The notes: generated by a model from the sequence alone, not told the origin. DNA of 64,000 nt from Balanoglossus misakiensis (GCA_040954595.2 CM082585.2:6721808-6785807); one strand, 5' to 3'. Positions 1-14,665 are shown, counted from the stretch's first letter. Translations and numbers: made by a program.

Positions 1-28
1 ATCTGGCAATGTGTCCCATGGCGCAGTC

Positions 29-221
29 ATTTCCAGATGACGGGCAAGCAATATTTCGGCATCCAGTAAAAGTTTTCATGAGTATGTTTTTACTTTAGAA
101 CCGCCACACACATAACATGTATCGGGTATGTTGCCTCATCAGCCTCATTGCATTTCGTCTGCACAGTCTTTGTCAGCACCACGTAAGTCCACGTTGCTGA
201 ATTTGCCCGTCATCTGGAAAT
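29..221. repeat. Inverted repeat pair (19 bp perfect), probably the inner part of a palindromic MITE cut by the window edge
   Basis: ATTTCCAGATGACGGGCAA (29-47) is the exact reverse complement of TTGCCCGTCATCTGGAAAT (203-221). The outer ends and any TSD are not visible. Confidence 0.55.
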
Positions 222-349
222 TTGAATGCGAACGCAACTGCCACCTGAGCGCGTCTGACGTCATTTGATAGCGAAGAATTACTTTAAATACTATAATTTT
301 GCGCTCAAGCTGAAGTAAATGAACGAAGGGGGTTATTTTATTATTTCAG

Positions 350-597
350 GCCACACAGGGAAACTGTACATCTATAAATCTTGCTACGGAGCTAATCACC
401 AGCACGATTACAACGATTGTTTAGCGGGCAAAGCAGAAACTGAGCTCCAGTTTCACTGCGACTCGTCATACCATACTTGGCACTGTGTCCATTGTTGCCA
501 AGGGGATCTCTGCAACCCGAGTGCTGTCGCTGTATTGATCGCCAACGTTCTGACCATCCTGATCGGCGCTTCCGTGACCGCCTTTTGGGTCAAATAG
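350..597 (+). CDS. Last coding exon of a GPI-anchored Ly6/uPAR (three-finger) family protein; upstream exons lie outside the window
   Basis: Acceptor ttatttcAG ends at 349 (phase 1). Translation ...KSC...DC...HC...WHCVHCCQGDLCN carries the diagnostic C-terminal CCxxDxCN motif, followed by a hydrophobic tail (SAVAVLIANVLTILIGASVTAFWVK*) typical of a GPI signal. The ATG at 319 in the ORF track is intronic. Confidence 0.8.
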
Positions 598-3500
598 ATT
601 CCAGGATGAGAACTTTGCAACCATTCTAAAATTATGAGTTCTAACTCACATTTGGTGCGCCATCGAGAGGTAATTATAAACGTGTATATATGTATAGTAG
701 AACCTCTCGGAGTCAAAACCGAACCTATCTTCACTGGACACCATTTCTAGTCCCTTCTACATAGGATACCATGTTTAATGAACCTATAAAACCAAATACC
801 ATTTGAATGTCCGGTTTATACATGTTTTACTGTCCTCCTCCGCCTTTTTGGTGTATGTGGTGCGCCGTCAGGCGGTAATTTTGTCTGTTGTCGTGCCTTC
901 GTCTACGTTTTCGTGTTGGCGCGTATGGTGCGCCCTCGGGTGGTAACTTTGAAACCATGATGAAGGCTTCTCCGGTAAAGGTATAGAATTTCTGTCGCAA
1001 TTCGCCCGGGTTCAGTGTCCTCACATTGCAGTTTAGTCTCCAACAAACGACCGTCGTTTCATTTATCAACGGCACCACTATTCCGAGAATGGCGGCCGGT
1101 TAATTGGTGGAATTTCATCATCCGTCTCGTTTTACAACCAGGGTATCGACAAAAAATCACGTTCTTATCTTACAAGACCAAAGAATTTTATAATTGAGCC
1201 GAAAACCGACCCATAGGTAATATGATGTTGCTAATTGGGAAATATTTGAACAGAAATACCTCTAAGCCACCGTATATATGTCACCAGCTCTGTGTTAGTG
1301 CAAAATTAATTACACAGAAATTGGTGACAAGCGCAGGGAGATCATGGCGGCGTCTGGAGTGTATCCCACAATGCAGCACGGGGAGCCGACTATCACGAAT
1401 ATCGCAGCAGGCTGTCCGGGTTCTTCCAATAGCGGGCACTGTCAGCACAAGATCAAAGACTCTAGGAATCATTTCAAGCTGGTGCTTGCCTTCACATCGC
1501 CGTCGGCAGGCTGGTTTTAAATTGGATACCAAATTAAAGTCGATGTTGTCATCGTGGCGTGGTGCAGGCTGCAGCCGAGATGCGCATTACGGCGGCGCAA
1601 ACGACATTCAATTGATGGTTGCCGTCCGCCTGTGGGGGGGGGGGGGAATTAGAACTTTGTATATATTGAAGACAGCGGGGTGCAATTTATGTGAAAATTG
1701 AAATGTCTTGTTAGGCGGGAAAAAATTGGGGTTAATGAAGTACGGGGCGATTCACAAATCCCGAAGTAGCAGAGCACATCACTTCGAATTTACTCGTTAG
1801 TTGCTGATTGCGAGGACGTTGTTGTAGGTAGGTTTACGCCATACACATTCATATTTATTTGGCAAGAAACACTTGATGGATGATATGACACGCTTCAAGC
1901 TTGTCAAATCTGTGCATAGATTGTTAAATTTTGATGGAATCGTCTGATTTGATACTAAACGGCAAAATCTGTTATAGTCGCAGTCAGACTTGACCAATGA
2001 TGTGACACGGTGATGGACATACCTGACAAACGAGAGGTTGAAAAGGAACATATCAATATTTTGCATCAACATGTAGGAATTTTATGAATTTTATTTTGTC
2101 ATGATAAGTAACACCACTGAAGTGACATGTGGCAGATTTTAAAGGTGTCTGATTTGCTGTTGCCATGGCAGTTATGACTCATGAAACGGTCATGTCTATA
2201 CGCATAGTTTGGACTAATTTCAGAACAACATGCATGATGTAAACTAATTCCAGTCGGTCTTGCCCTCGGCACGACTTGAATAATGAAACACCCACGAAAT
2301 GCGCTCTGTTCGGTATGATTCAAGTCAGCAAATTGAAAGCCGTGGTTTCGAGGCAGGTTAGTTGTTCAAGCTGGAGATCACAATAGTCGACGGTCGCGTC
2401 TTGGGACGTGATTGGCAGGATGGTACAAACAGCTGCTGGCATGGCAGCCATGATGTGCTCATTTGCATATTTGTCTGTGGTGAAAGTTTTGAACTTATCA
2501 GATAGATGTAGATGCTCAATGTTCCAGGTAACGTCACCCAAAGTTGAGAAGTTTTTTTCAAAACGTCTGATAGCATTCAGGTTAAGGCGAACAACTTAAT
2601 CCTACCGTATTGTAATGTTAAAAGGTTCTTTGGTTTGCAGTATAGGACCTGGAATGCGGTCCGTATAGGCGTGGGGTCAAGCGACTATAGCCAGACACCA
2701 GGTATGTGAGTGGACACAATTGGAATCGTTTAAGTCTGACAAAGGTAATGTGGGGCGGTACGTTGGATGTTTGCTCGGCTCGTCGCAAAGCAAGTCTTAA
2801 TTGAGTCACTTGTTCAGGACACACAGCATTGACTGCCTTCATCGTCAACAACCGCTGTTGTCAACAATGGCGTGGCTTTGAGCGCTGCACATTGGATTGG
2901 CTTGATATGTCGCGACATGACTTCGTTCATTGAAGAGAAGCATGCTCTGTGAGACATTCACGCAGTGTCTTTTGTCGGGTAATCGTTTTTTTATACGCTC
3001 GCTCGCAGTCGTTTATAAAATCATTTGCTTCAGAGACTACGGTGAGATGCAATCACCACCGAAGGATGTACCGTTGTTGTACCAAAATTTCACTTGGAAG
3101 GGGAGGTGATAGCGATAAAAACATTTGTTTTGGTCAAATCACTCAGTTTTGCATATAACGTTCTGGTGATCGACTCGTTTTTAACCATGACCAATCTCAG
3201 ACACACTATAATCCTAAACCCTCACTTCATCATTGCCATGAAAAAATGCAAGATCACAGATATAACCGCCCTCGTGTTTTATTTACAAGCACGCCATGAA
3301 ATATGCATAGAAACATTCCAAAGACGATTCATCGCCGCAGAGCAAAGGTAGTAGATGCCACGGAATAGTATCCGTGATACCCTATGCAAACAATCCAGAG
3401 AACGTATAGATACGGCGACGCTAACCGACTGAGAAAACCAGCCCCCGCAATCAATTCCAGTGGGACCGAAAGCCATTTTCTTCGTTGTGTTTGCTCATTA

Positions 3501-6236
3501 CTTCTTTCCTTGGGGCAGGTAATTGGTACTGCTTTGGCACAGCTCCCTTGAGTCAGAATAATTTGGATCAGAGAAAACGAAGACAGAAGGATACTCGTGG
3601 CGGCAAGGGCAGCTATCTCCTCTAATAAAATTCAATGTTTCTGGCCCTGTCGATGTCGCGGTAAAAGTAGTTGTTGCGTGCGTTGCAGTAGAAAACAACC
3701 GCTGTGGCAGAATTGAACGAAACTGGATGCCGACTCTCATGTCAACTTTATATCAAGGGAGAGCAGTTCTCTTGGCTCGCGCTAAGCTTAATTCTCCCGG
3801 ATGAACTAATCATCGGGTTAAGGGATATGCGAATTGGCAGCTGTTCTCAGTTGGTGTTCTCTGAAGCTAGGCGATCGCAACCAGGTTGCCATGGTTTTCC
3901 AATAAGCGCACTCTGAGCAGTTTATCTCTGCGGCGAATTTTGTCATTGTCAACGCCGGTTTTTGATGTCACGCCGAGATCCGAAAGATCGGTCTTGACGG
4001 CAGACACCCGCGGCTGGTGAGAACACCCGCCAACCGCTGGTAACTAGTCAATACTTATCAAATTAGGTTCGTTTTGTCGTTGCCATCTTGGGAGTTTCGC
4101 GTCAATTAACGGTCTCTGTAATTTCAGAATAAGTTGAACGGGAGATCTAAAAGACTGTAAATTGGACTATGAGTTGAGGTTAAGAAACGAGCGTAATGAG
4201 ACAGAGGGTAGTTGAAAACCACATCTCCACACTGAGTGCACACAGACTTGACTTTGTAAACGTGTCTCCATCATAGACAAGGCCCGAGGTAAAGTTGCAA
4301 CTATGAAAAGGCGTGAGCTAGCGGCCCAACAGCGTTTCGTTGCTGCTTCGTGACCCATTCTGAAGGTAAAATTACCCCAACCGTCTTCTCTAAATAGCTC
4401 GCGCGGCGCGGGTCAATATTGTGTTATAAGCTTTCACGCATCGAACAGATAAAAGATGCCGAGCTCAGAGGTCACCAGGATCAAACTTGTCCTGTGTAGT
4501 CACGTGGTACAGGCATATTAGTAATTGATAAACGCTCTGGTTGGGTGAAGGCAGGTGGAGATATAAACAACGACAGAGAATTTCAGCAGAAGAGGTTAAA
4601 ATCGGAACTGTGCTGTGCATCGGAATGACTTAGTTCAATTTCAAACATATTTCTTCTCCAGTTATTTTCGTACATGCTTTGTGCCCTTGGGGTAAGAAGG
4701 CTGAAAATGCAACGAACCCCGAAGCGCCTTGTCTTTAAAACTGAACAGAAACTATTCTTAATTTAAATACAATAGTCCACACTATTCATAAGCAGAACAC
4801 GGCTGACACGGAGTAAATTTCCAATGTAGAGAGAGTGTTATCCGAAGGAAACTGGGAGTAATGATATTCAGGAGCGGAGAATTTCTGTCAATATCGAGAG
4901 CTGTGGTTCGTCCTCCCACGCCCGATGCCTGCCGTACTGACCCCGCCCACACTCAACACCCGGCACATAAATGCACCTAAGGGCGCTTATAAAAGTGCCA
5001 CCTAGCATACCTTCAGTAATTTGATCCGTAATTAACCACGTTAAATCTATCAAGGGCGACTTTCTTTGCGCTCCAGGCTACCAAATTAGAGGCCCTGGAG
5101 GTCACAAATAACAAACACCGTTGGCTGGGCTCGTGTGAAGATGTGTGTTGTGGCAGCGGTGGGGTAGCTATTAGTTGCGCCACAGATCACAGACGGCAGA
5201 TATAGTGTGCAGAGTTTTGATGTCACACGGGAAGACCGTTTTTTCTTTTCCAGACCCTATTCCAGATTGGAATTCTTCTTCACAACTGCACTGACACAGG
5301 GCCCATGTTGAAAATATCAGTTGTCGCGGAGCACGCCGAGTTTCTGATAACTTATACAAGGGATACGTCACAGCTGAACAGCACGGAAGAGTCTATTTTC
5401 AGACAACCTACAAGGTGGCTCGCAGGGGAAAGTCTCCAGGTTGCGGGTTTTGAAGTCAGACAGGTCAGATTGAGAATGATTGGTTGCACAGCTGAACGTG
5501 GAAGCTGCCAGATGGCCCAGGAAAAAAGCGGTGTTTGAATATTCACACCGGTTCCAGTAACCCTTGGAGGAAAGACGAGGGCTGAGAAAGTTTAGACGCG
5601 GGGTCGGACGGCTGGCTGCACACCAGAAAACAACTTTCTTTCTATCTCTGTTTCAGAAACACGAGATTGTCACCGGTAACGCTTTACAGTGGACCGTACC
5701 GGAGCGCTGTTGTGGCTGACACTGCACTGATGTCTCCGTTAATACGCCAGTGTCGATTTCTCAACAACGATGGGAATCCCAACACACGATACTGACTGGG
5801 CTGCCCGGTGATTTGAATTTAAAAAGCGAGAGGCATTTCTTTCCGCTTCACGCAGGAACTGCACCGGATCTGTGGCTGCGTGAGTTTGGCGCGGCCCTGG
5901 TGTAGTGTTTGCACGGCAAGTGTGAGTAATGTAACAGCAGGGCTTGTCCACTTGGCTGACAAAGCAGAGCCCTGTGTCAGATAGCCGGAGATGTCGACGC
6001 TAACACAAAGAAAGATGTTCGCGCAGGCTCGTACGCTGTGAACCGCAACACGCCCGGCACTCAAGTCCAACATCGCCGATCAACCATTTCAGCCTCCGTG
6101 CACATGATTACAGTTATGTCTACTCGCACGGATTACCTCGGAAGCAAAATGAACCCGATACGTCCATCGGTAGTGACCGCGACCTAACAGGAGGAACACA
6201 CAAAAAACTTGTACGAAACGGGACAAAGTTCTTAAA

Positions 6237-9200
6237 ATGGTGAAACGTCTGCCCGGATTTTTCTTTGCTCTGTGTGGCGTGGCGTTTCTGACGTTGTACA
6301 CGCTTACTCTCCTCCAGCCTCGTGCCTACAGAGTCGCAGCGAGTACAAGGTAGGTGAACACATCAGTAATAAGACGCTCTGAAATTTCACCACTGTTAAA
6401 TCTATGGACGAGCGTTATAATTTAGGAGAGAGAAAATTTGACCAATATCACGAGTTTAGTGTCTTTACTTGCGAACCATGGGGCCGCTGTTTTACAACAG
6501 GTAAACACGACACATAAAATGATTTCACTGCGTCATCTTATCGACTTGAATACTACATGTATAGTTGGAAAAATTCACCGATCAAAATGAAGGTTTGTTC
6601 AACGGCAATTCCCGACGGTATCAAAGTCGATGGCGATAAGCGGAGACAGGTGAGGGCCAGATCAATAAGTCGATGGATTCACTATGTGATCGTCGCAAAC
6701 CCACAACCATCACTGCATCGTCCAATTCTCAACCGGTCGATATATTCACACACATCACGAGCAAATATCAGTCAATAAGCTTTTTGGTCATCAATGGAGA
6801 CTTTGTTAATGTTCTAAAAAAATCAATTCTAATGGACTATGCGTACTTCACTAGAAAAGGAATCCTTCATCGTTGTAGATGCAGATTTCATTCATTCATT
6901 CATTCATTCATTCATTCATTCATTCATTCATTCATTCATTCATTCATTCATTCATTCATTCATTCATTCATTCATTCATTCATTCATTCATTCATTCATC
7001 CATCCCACCGGAGGAGACACACTCAGATGCGATCATCATGATACCAGTTATGTAGCTAATTGGATGACATAAAATCGTGGAAAAACAGATATTTGTTTCT
7101 GTTTGCACCGTACGGGAGTCCATGTATTGTTGACCGAGCGTCCCGTTATTAGCCAAATTTGGGATACGTACGACATACATCGTTTGCCATAAGCAACAGA
7201 AATGATTTTATAAACAGAAAATATGAGCAGGGTAAATAGATTAGAACGTTGACGTGAGTGCATGCGCAAATGGTACCCTGCCCAAGAGAATGTTTATCAA
7301 TAAGTATTAGACGTCAGAAACTCATTAAAGCCTCCATTTAAAACAGCTTAGTCAAGGTTGATTGGGATTGCTTCGCGGGATTTACCAGATGATAGTAATA
7401 TCGCGGAATCAGAAGGGAATTTTCAGCGCCAGGGATTGAACCTCATTTTCAAATCACCGTGATTGTGTAGACTTCTCCCGTTACAACTCCGATCTGCGCG
7501 ATTTCTCTTCCCCGAGAAATCTAAGACGCCCGGAAAGATTAATCCTGACGTTCAGGTAGAGGCAGTCGGCCAAACTATCGAACTCCACAGACGACACGCG
7601 AGATCTCTCGTTCTTTCGGAGAAGATTGGTTACAACTGAGGATCCGCGCTCGACGCTGAATTAAGTGTCAATCATAGGCCAGTCGCCATGGCGACGTGTT
7701 TTCCATCGATTAGCAGACAGTTTTAGGTTGACGTTTTACATGCGACGCTCGGACTCGCCAATTCCGCTCGTTCGACAACGACATGTCTTTCTCCTTACCG
7801 CGGGAGTGTTTCACCCGAGACTCGACTATGGCTGGGGACGACTGAGATTTGACGTATGAAATGTTTACAGTCAGAACATGAGTCGCCCATTAAGAGCAAA
7901 GGTCAAACACACTTCCCTGGTGAACCTTTTTAACTCCATTAAGAGGTGAAGAACTAAACGAAAAAAAACATTTTCTGGGGACAGACGAAGTATAATTGTT
8001 ACTGTGAGTTGTAAGGCCAAGTACTAATATGTGTATTTTCCAGTTGCCTCCACGCATGACTAACTCTGGTGTATATTCTAAGGTCAGTGAAAGCGATACA
8101 TACACAGTGAGGATAGGAATTTTAGCAATCGCCGTTTACATCTTACAGTTCCTTGAAATACAGATATTTTACGACCGGGAAAATCGAGAAATCGACTGGT
8201 AGATTTCTCGTAACATCGGATACTTTTCGTGAGTCAGTTGTCGATTATTTAGTTGCTCGCAATCGATCGATGAACTTCGGAATCGCTCGATTGAAAATTG
8301 TCGGTTGCGTGAACAATATCGTACGGATAAATGCGCAGATATCATGAATATAGGTCTCTGTGGCTTGCGAGTTAATTTAACCAATTTGGGGATCAAAAGA
8401 ATGCTTAATTAGGCAATGATTGGTTGGTTGGTTGGCCCGTTATTTGATTGGTTGATTGATTCATTGATTGAGCTTGCGAGTTAGCGTTCAACAGGATAAA
8501 TGTCCAGTGTAAAATAAAAACCTCAAACTTTAAAATTTAACCAAGTCTTCGATCTACGAAAAGAAGCAACTTGACGTACATTTCGACTTGTGTTGAAACG
8601 TGTTTCTCTGACTTGAATATCCCCTTTCACTCGATCAGAATGCTTAGTCTGATTTTTCAGTTGTTCCTAGTACATAAAAAACCCAGTTCATATACCCGAC
8701 AGTTGGCTGGCTGTTGTGCTATACGGTAATCGAGCGAGAGTAAACTCAAATCCCACGAGAGTTGGTAACCAAATCCCGCCTCTCCAGCTGCATTCTCTCG
8801 GTGTGAATTATGACGTGCGATATTCCATTTTGCCCGGCTCCCCTAGGGAGGTGAACATTCTCCACTACCCACACTGAGTGATGATTGACAGTTTCCCTGC
8901 CTCGGCTCTTCCGATAACACCGAAGGTCGCGCGGGTCCCTCTCCAGGAAGTACGTTCGCATAGTCTCAAAACGTTTGTGTAAGAAAATGCCTCACCACAA
9001 CGCAGCTGCTTATATCCAGGGCAAATGAGTAAAATGTTCGCGAGGCACTCCAAGACCGGGACCGTTGCCAGGAACACACAGTGCGGGTCAAAAGAGGTCA
9101 TTCGTCCTTGTATGGATATAAAGTATTCATGTGTTCAAACTGAACCGCCTTATAAGTAGATGTTGCATAATCTATACAAAATGTCTCGGTAAATTATCAG

Positions 9201-12200
9201 TGCCATCCATACTTGTCATTATATTCAGGTTGTCATATCGATTCCTCGTTCTTTTTAATTTCAAAATAAAATCTATATGAGACCACCGGCACTTTTGAGC
9301 GCATTCGATTCAAAACGTTCAAGCTAGTCTCGTTTTTAGCGTTGCTTTGAGAGATGACATATCGTTTCGGTTCGTTTTGACCTGATATAACGTTTCTCAT
9401 TAGCAAAACTGACTGTGCATCAAAGCAATTAGTTTGAAGTTACTAGTCAGGATAACGTATATGTCTTCGTTGTGCTTGCAATCATCTCCATTGATTCCGG
9501 GATATCGCATGTCAGTTGGTATCAAATCTAAGATACGTTTTATCGACCAACCATTCCACGTATCCATCCATCCATCCATCCATCCATCCATCCATCCAAA
9601 CCCATCCACCCACATTTATATAAAAAAAAATATGAATAAAAAAAAGTAAACCGTACAGAAATGTGACAAACGCAGACAGTGACTAATACAATTGATTATT
9701 TTAATAAAATACCGGTAGCTTTCCAATGAAATGGTTGGAATGGAATTTCTCGGGATAAACTCTTGCCGTGAGGGAATAATGCAGGTCTATGTTTCAATAT
9801 CGAGTCAGAAAACGACGAAAGGAAGCCGCGAATTCGTGCCGACAGCCAAAGTAAGCTTGTTTTTCAAATCCCTGTAGAATGCGTATTCAAACACCGACGG
9901 CTGAAGAAAATTGCGCGGTAACTCAAAAAGGGGTCGAAAAATGATCCAATCTCAACACTGTCTGGGCGATCTGTAGTATTATGGATATTATAAAATAGAG
10001 ACGAAATTAAAAAAAAGGAGACAGACATATACGTTACGGGGTTATACGTGTGCAGATGAAGTTGAATTTAAGACGAAATTCAGCCGGCGGTTATAGTTAG
10101 ACGAACAACCCTATTATGAGGAAGACGGTCGACCTTTACAATTGCATTGTGGAGTATATTTGCTTGGTCGTGTAGGCAAGCAAAATTACCCAGGAATATG
10201 CTGGCTAAATTAGATATACTGTCAGAGGGGGAACACATAGAAATGTTAGAATACACGATTTGTGTAGTAATGGCGGTTCAAATTGGATTATATTTCGGCC
10301 CTGTCGGCTAATGACACAAATTATCGTCTGAAATGAAAAGAGGCGGGAAAATCGGAAGAAAATTAGAGTTTCATTGTATTGCCTGCAGAAAAGACCGATG
10401 TGGCGGTAGGTGTGATGAATTTTTGAGCAACTGCTCGCGAGCGACATTTTGTGGAAGTAAAATAATTTAATTACTAGGGGTAAAAAGAGTCGAAACTGGA
10501 TACCCTTTTGTGTCAGATATGCCTTATTACCTATTCAGGCAAAAACGGTCACAAATTGTCGGTTTGTTGTGCATTGCCAATTAGCTTTCACTTTGATGAC
10601 ACGACAACAGCGATTTCCACGAAATGTACTGACAGCTGTAGTCCGAGTCGGTTAACATGCATATACGTGCTGAATTTGCACGTTAAATTTCGCCCGTCAA
10701 TCAGTGTGCATTTATCGGCAAATGGGAGAAGGAAATGGCAAATCAGACGGCGCGCTCCCGAAGGACAATTTTCTATTCACCGGCTTTTATGTCAAATGCG
10801 GCAACTAACTGTAATCTCGCGAGATAATCAACCTTTAATGAGGTCTTTACTGCTATTAAAAGCGTTCACAAAAGAGAAGATGACCCTGTACTTAAAATGC
10901 TTGTGTTCTACGCGTTGATGTCATATTTCAGCGATACCCGGTGTGCATACATTCAGTAGTCGTTTTCTGAACCATTAGAATTAGATAACAACCTTGGCTC
11001 TGTACAAAGTCACTCGTTTGCATTGGATGTATCTCCATCTTGACATGGCGCCATCTGAGTTTACCCTAGCCCCAAGATAAACTATTCCCCCAGCATCCAG
11101 TAGCATTTGTAAGGGTTATCCAAGTTTGAAGGTATTACACTGTCTCCACTTTACCGGTCTTGATTTCTGATACTGTCACGAGGCTATAGGTCGCGCATTG
11201 TGACCGTTCTCTGCACGAACAATCTTGGCGATGGTAAATCGTGACAGACAACTGAATGACAGAATGTTCGCTAATATATCTTCGAAAAGATTGGTTAACT
11301 GCAGTAGTAAGAGAATGTTTTATCTAATGATTTATATTTCCATGCTCTGTGCCTCCTCCCTCCCTCCCTCCCCTCCTTCCCTAATAAATCCAACGGTGCC
11401 GTACATCGAAGGCGATATAGAAATCTACAGCATCAAATATTCAGTCAAAAGTGGTCTCTTGTCCGACTACATGGCAATTTAGTTTTAATCTCGTTACATT
11501 TGCTTCATTAAACTTCACATGTGACGTCACATTTCCAGATTGGATTAGAGAGGGAAGGTAGAATTAAACTAGATTCGCTTTTGGCAGTTCTTATTTCAGA
11601 CCCCGATCTAATATTGAACGTCTGAGTTTAAATAAGAAAATCCCTCACTAAGATTCCGACTTCGTCTTTGTGGAATTTCGTGGCGACGGCGACAATTGGA
11701 ACGGGGATCAAGAAAAAGAGATTAATACAACAGTCAAAGCTGCATTTACCTGCCAGCTGGTTATCGTTTTTTTTAATTCTAATGGCGGCGTTATTATGAT
11801 TGATAACAAATCTGGGTTGATTAATAATCTGTAACCCCGCTAGCCTCCTGGGCATTTACGGTCGAAGTTTTCTCTTTTTTTCTTCTTAAGTTGCATTTTG
11901 TTGTTGTAGTTTACCTGATACCAATCCGGTTAAAACTAGATCTAGAGGTGGCTTCGTCTTTGCGTATGCTGGTTCTGTTCCGTTCTGTTCTGTTCTGTTC
12001 TGTTCTGTGCGGTTCTATTCTATTCTTCGGCAAACGCCCCAAAGTATAGCGTGGCCCGTATATTTAAACGGCAGACTATGTAAACATGAAAAAGCTTGGA
12101 AATGGCATTTTCATTCAAATTCTGACATGAAACCCGAGTGAATGACTCCATTTGGGGCAACACTATGATCAGAGCAGATACATGTAATGCAAGGAAGACG

Positions 12201-14665
12201 ATGAGATACATCGTGACATTTCAATAGTGCAGACAGACAATATCAAAACCCTGCTACTACCTGCAATATCCGGTCGAATACACAGCTGTCGCCAGGTCGC
12301 CCCGTTCCCTTGACGTTTCCATGGCAACGGGTAATTTTCTAATGCAGACATCTTAAGGATATTTATTCTCGAAGAGAAAATAAGAAAGAAAATCGACCCA
12401 GGCCATATCAATAACGAATATCATGTTAAAGGTATATACTCTCACCTATGCAAATTAAACCGCAGTTACCAAGGAAAGCTGTGATTCAAGATTTTTAGTT
12501 GGTGGCCACGCGAAGAAAGTGTACCACCTTATTTACGGTCATTCGAAGACTCAGCCACGCCATTTTTAAACATATATGGGCATATGTAAATCAGTGTAGA
12601 CTGAATACCTTTTTATATGTCAGAACGAAAACATTCATACATTATAGAATGGAGAGAAATTACTATTTCTATAAGATGATGCTCCCCAAAACTGACACTC
12701 AGAAGAAAAACTTGACCTTCTTGAAACATTTCAAGTTTGTGGGGAATACTTTTGAGAAACAGCGGTGCCAATGTGTTTTCTAGGGAGGAAGTAAAAAACA
12801 TCTTTGGTCAGATTTAACAAGAGGGTTTAACAGCCATTTTGAACACTGATTTGAGATGAGTAGGTCGAGCTTTTCACTTCGGCAAATTATGCGGCGACGT
12901 GCGAGACTTTGATTTCCGAAGCCCTTACAACTTTAATTATTGGAAATTTTGGAGAGGATTTTACTGACAATGGGAGCAAAGAACGCCGCCAAGGAGAAGG
13001 GAAAACACACAGCAAAAAAGCGACGTGGGTACGCATAATAGCTGATTGTCAAGGGCCGATGTCTCAGACATTCATTACCACGATTACAATGTTTACAAAA
13101 CTCTCTCTATTCACGATGAAAGGGACAGTTCTAGTGCCTTTTATCAATGCATGCTAATCGAGAAATTTCAATCTGGGTAGAGCGTCTGCTGAAAAAAATG
13201 ATCATTTACGGCGACCGAGAGTCAAAATGATTCCATTTGCTTGAAAGGTTTTGATTTCAGAAAAAGATACGCTCCCTATTGATGTCTCCAATCAGGTAGC
13301 AAATGAACTAACAAGGCCAGTCTATACTTTTCCAAATTGAAGTGGACTGGAGAAAATTAAACTCCCCTCATGCAGCGCTTCAAGTCTTTTCTGTGTCACA
13401 AGAAATGTGCGTTTCTTTCATTGACTTTACCTGTATCTTGTAGACTTCATCTGAGACTGCGCAGTCCGTTGAACAGTCCGTATGGCTGGTTGATGTTGCG
13501 CACCTGACGAACAATATATGTGCCTGTCGTTCACGAATAAACGCTTTCTGTATCTTTTTACAGATCCGCCATTTTTAACTCGTCCAGCACAGACGCGGGT
13601 GTCCAGACTGAAATATCGCACGGTTTGACCGGTGATAGTAACGGTTCATGTCACGAGGTGAATAACCTGGTGTTTATCAAGACACACAAGACTGGCAGTA
13701 CGACTTTAGCCTCCATTATCCAGAGATTCGGTTACCTGCGCAATCTGTCGTTCGTTCTGAACCCGCACAGCCACATCCTGACCAGTCAGTTGTTTCATCG
13801 CAAGCTGGCCGTCAAGTCGCCGCCGCCATTGGACCTCAGAGAAGGGGAGAAAATCACGTTCAACATCCTGACAAGTCACGCCCGGTACTCAAGAAGAGAG
13901 ATTGAGGCTGTCATTCGACCCGGTGCGAAGTACGTCACCATTATTCGCGATCCCGTGGCGAACTTGGAGTCTGCTTTCGGTTATTTCCAGCTGGCCAAGC
14001 GACTGGATCTGACGGAGTACAGAAACCCGTACAACATGTTCATTCGAAGGCTGGAGGAGTTTTCGCGCCAAACGTTCTTCCGGCGACCGTACATCAGGAA
14101 CGGTCAAATGTACGACCTGGGACTAAACACCGAACAGCAGATGAATATCTCGCACGTGCAAAGGAAAATACAAGACTTCTCCACAGAATTTGACTTAGTT
14201 CTCATTCAGGAATACTATGACGAATCTTTGGTCTTGCTGAAGAACCTGCTCTGTTGGGATTTCAATGACATTCTGTACATTCCCAAGGGAGTGCGTAGTA
14301 AAACCCTGCGGTACAACTACGACAGGGGCTTTGATAATAAGATCAGACAGTGGAGTTTGGCAGACTCTATGCTCTACGAACACTTCAACAAGACACTGTG
14401 GAGGAAAATCCGCTCGTTGGGCGAAAAATTCTACCGCGATCTCGACACTTTCCGTAGAAAACAACAGGAGGTGTTCAGGACGTGTGTCAGTGACGGAGTG
14501 TATGACACGACCGACAGGAGAGAGGAGAAATTCGTACTGGTCGCAAACGCCTCCGTGTTCTGTCAACTTTTGCGACTGGAGGATACGCAATACTGGAAGA
14601 TGCTCGGGCACCGTCAGATGATAGCCGCTTTACGACGGATGAATTTCACGTTAAATTTCAAGTAG
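6237..14665 (+). CDS. GAL3ST: Galactose-3-O-sulfotransferase (GAL3ST / cerebroside sulfotransferase family), type II Golgi membrane protein, 2 coding exons, 404 aa
   Basis: Exon 1, 6237-6349, encodes MVKRLPGFFFALCGVAFLTLYTLTLLQPRAYRVAAST (signal anchor) and ends AAG|GTAGGT in phase 2. Exon 2, 13564-14665, follows tatctttttacAG in matching phase and joins the 346-aa ORF. Motifs: 5'-PAPS-binding VFIKTHKTGSTT, 3'-PB YVTIIRDPVANLESAF, FDLVLIQEYYDESLVLLK, LYEHFNKTLW. AATAAA at ~14820. The specific paralogue cannot be assigned. Confidence 0.92.
6887..7000. repeat. (TTCA)n microsatellite in the GAL3ST intron
   Basis: Long perfect TTCA run; it explains the spurious HSFI-repeat ORFs. Confidence 0.97.
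9562..9612. repeat. (CCAT)n microsatellite
   Basis: Direct read: atccatccatccatcc... Confidence 0.9.
11972..12006. repeat. (GTTCT)n microsatellite
   Basis: gttctgttccgttctgttctgttctgttctgttct. Confidence 0.85.
12430..12610. mobile_element. Diverged copy, in opposite orientation, of the ~185-bp TTAA-type MITE at 45469-45653
   Basis: Starts ttaa|AGGTATA and ends GACTGAATACCT. The interior (gttacca..ggaaa..agatttttagttggtggccacgcgaa..ccacc..ttcgaa..acgccattt..catatatgg..tatgtaaat) aligns by eye to the reverse complement of 45469-45653. Confidence 0.6.

Noticed and set aside
1222-1701. 159-aa ORF
   Set aside because: No family motifs or supporting splice structure; includes a G homopolymer; likely non-coding.
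2320-3480. Faint resemblance of minus-strand fragments (LCPL..YL, PGPI, GGWF) to DIRS tyrosine recombinase or RNase H
   Set aside because: No catalytic motif (HSxRxG, DAS) could be recovered; too degenerate to support without a profile search.
6673-7072. ORFs with HSFI repeats
   Set aside because: Translation of the (TTCA)n microsatellite.
14195-14621. Antisense and alternate-frame ORFs overlapping GAL3ST (likewise those over the CUB and GC exons)
   Set aside because: Shadow ORFs caused by the codon bias of the real exons.
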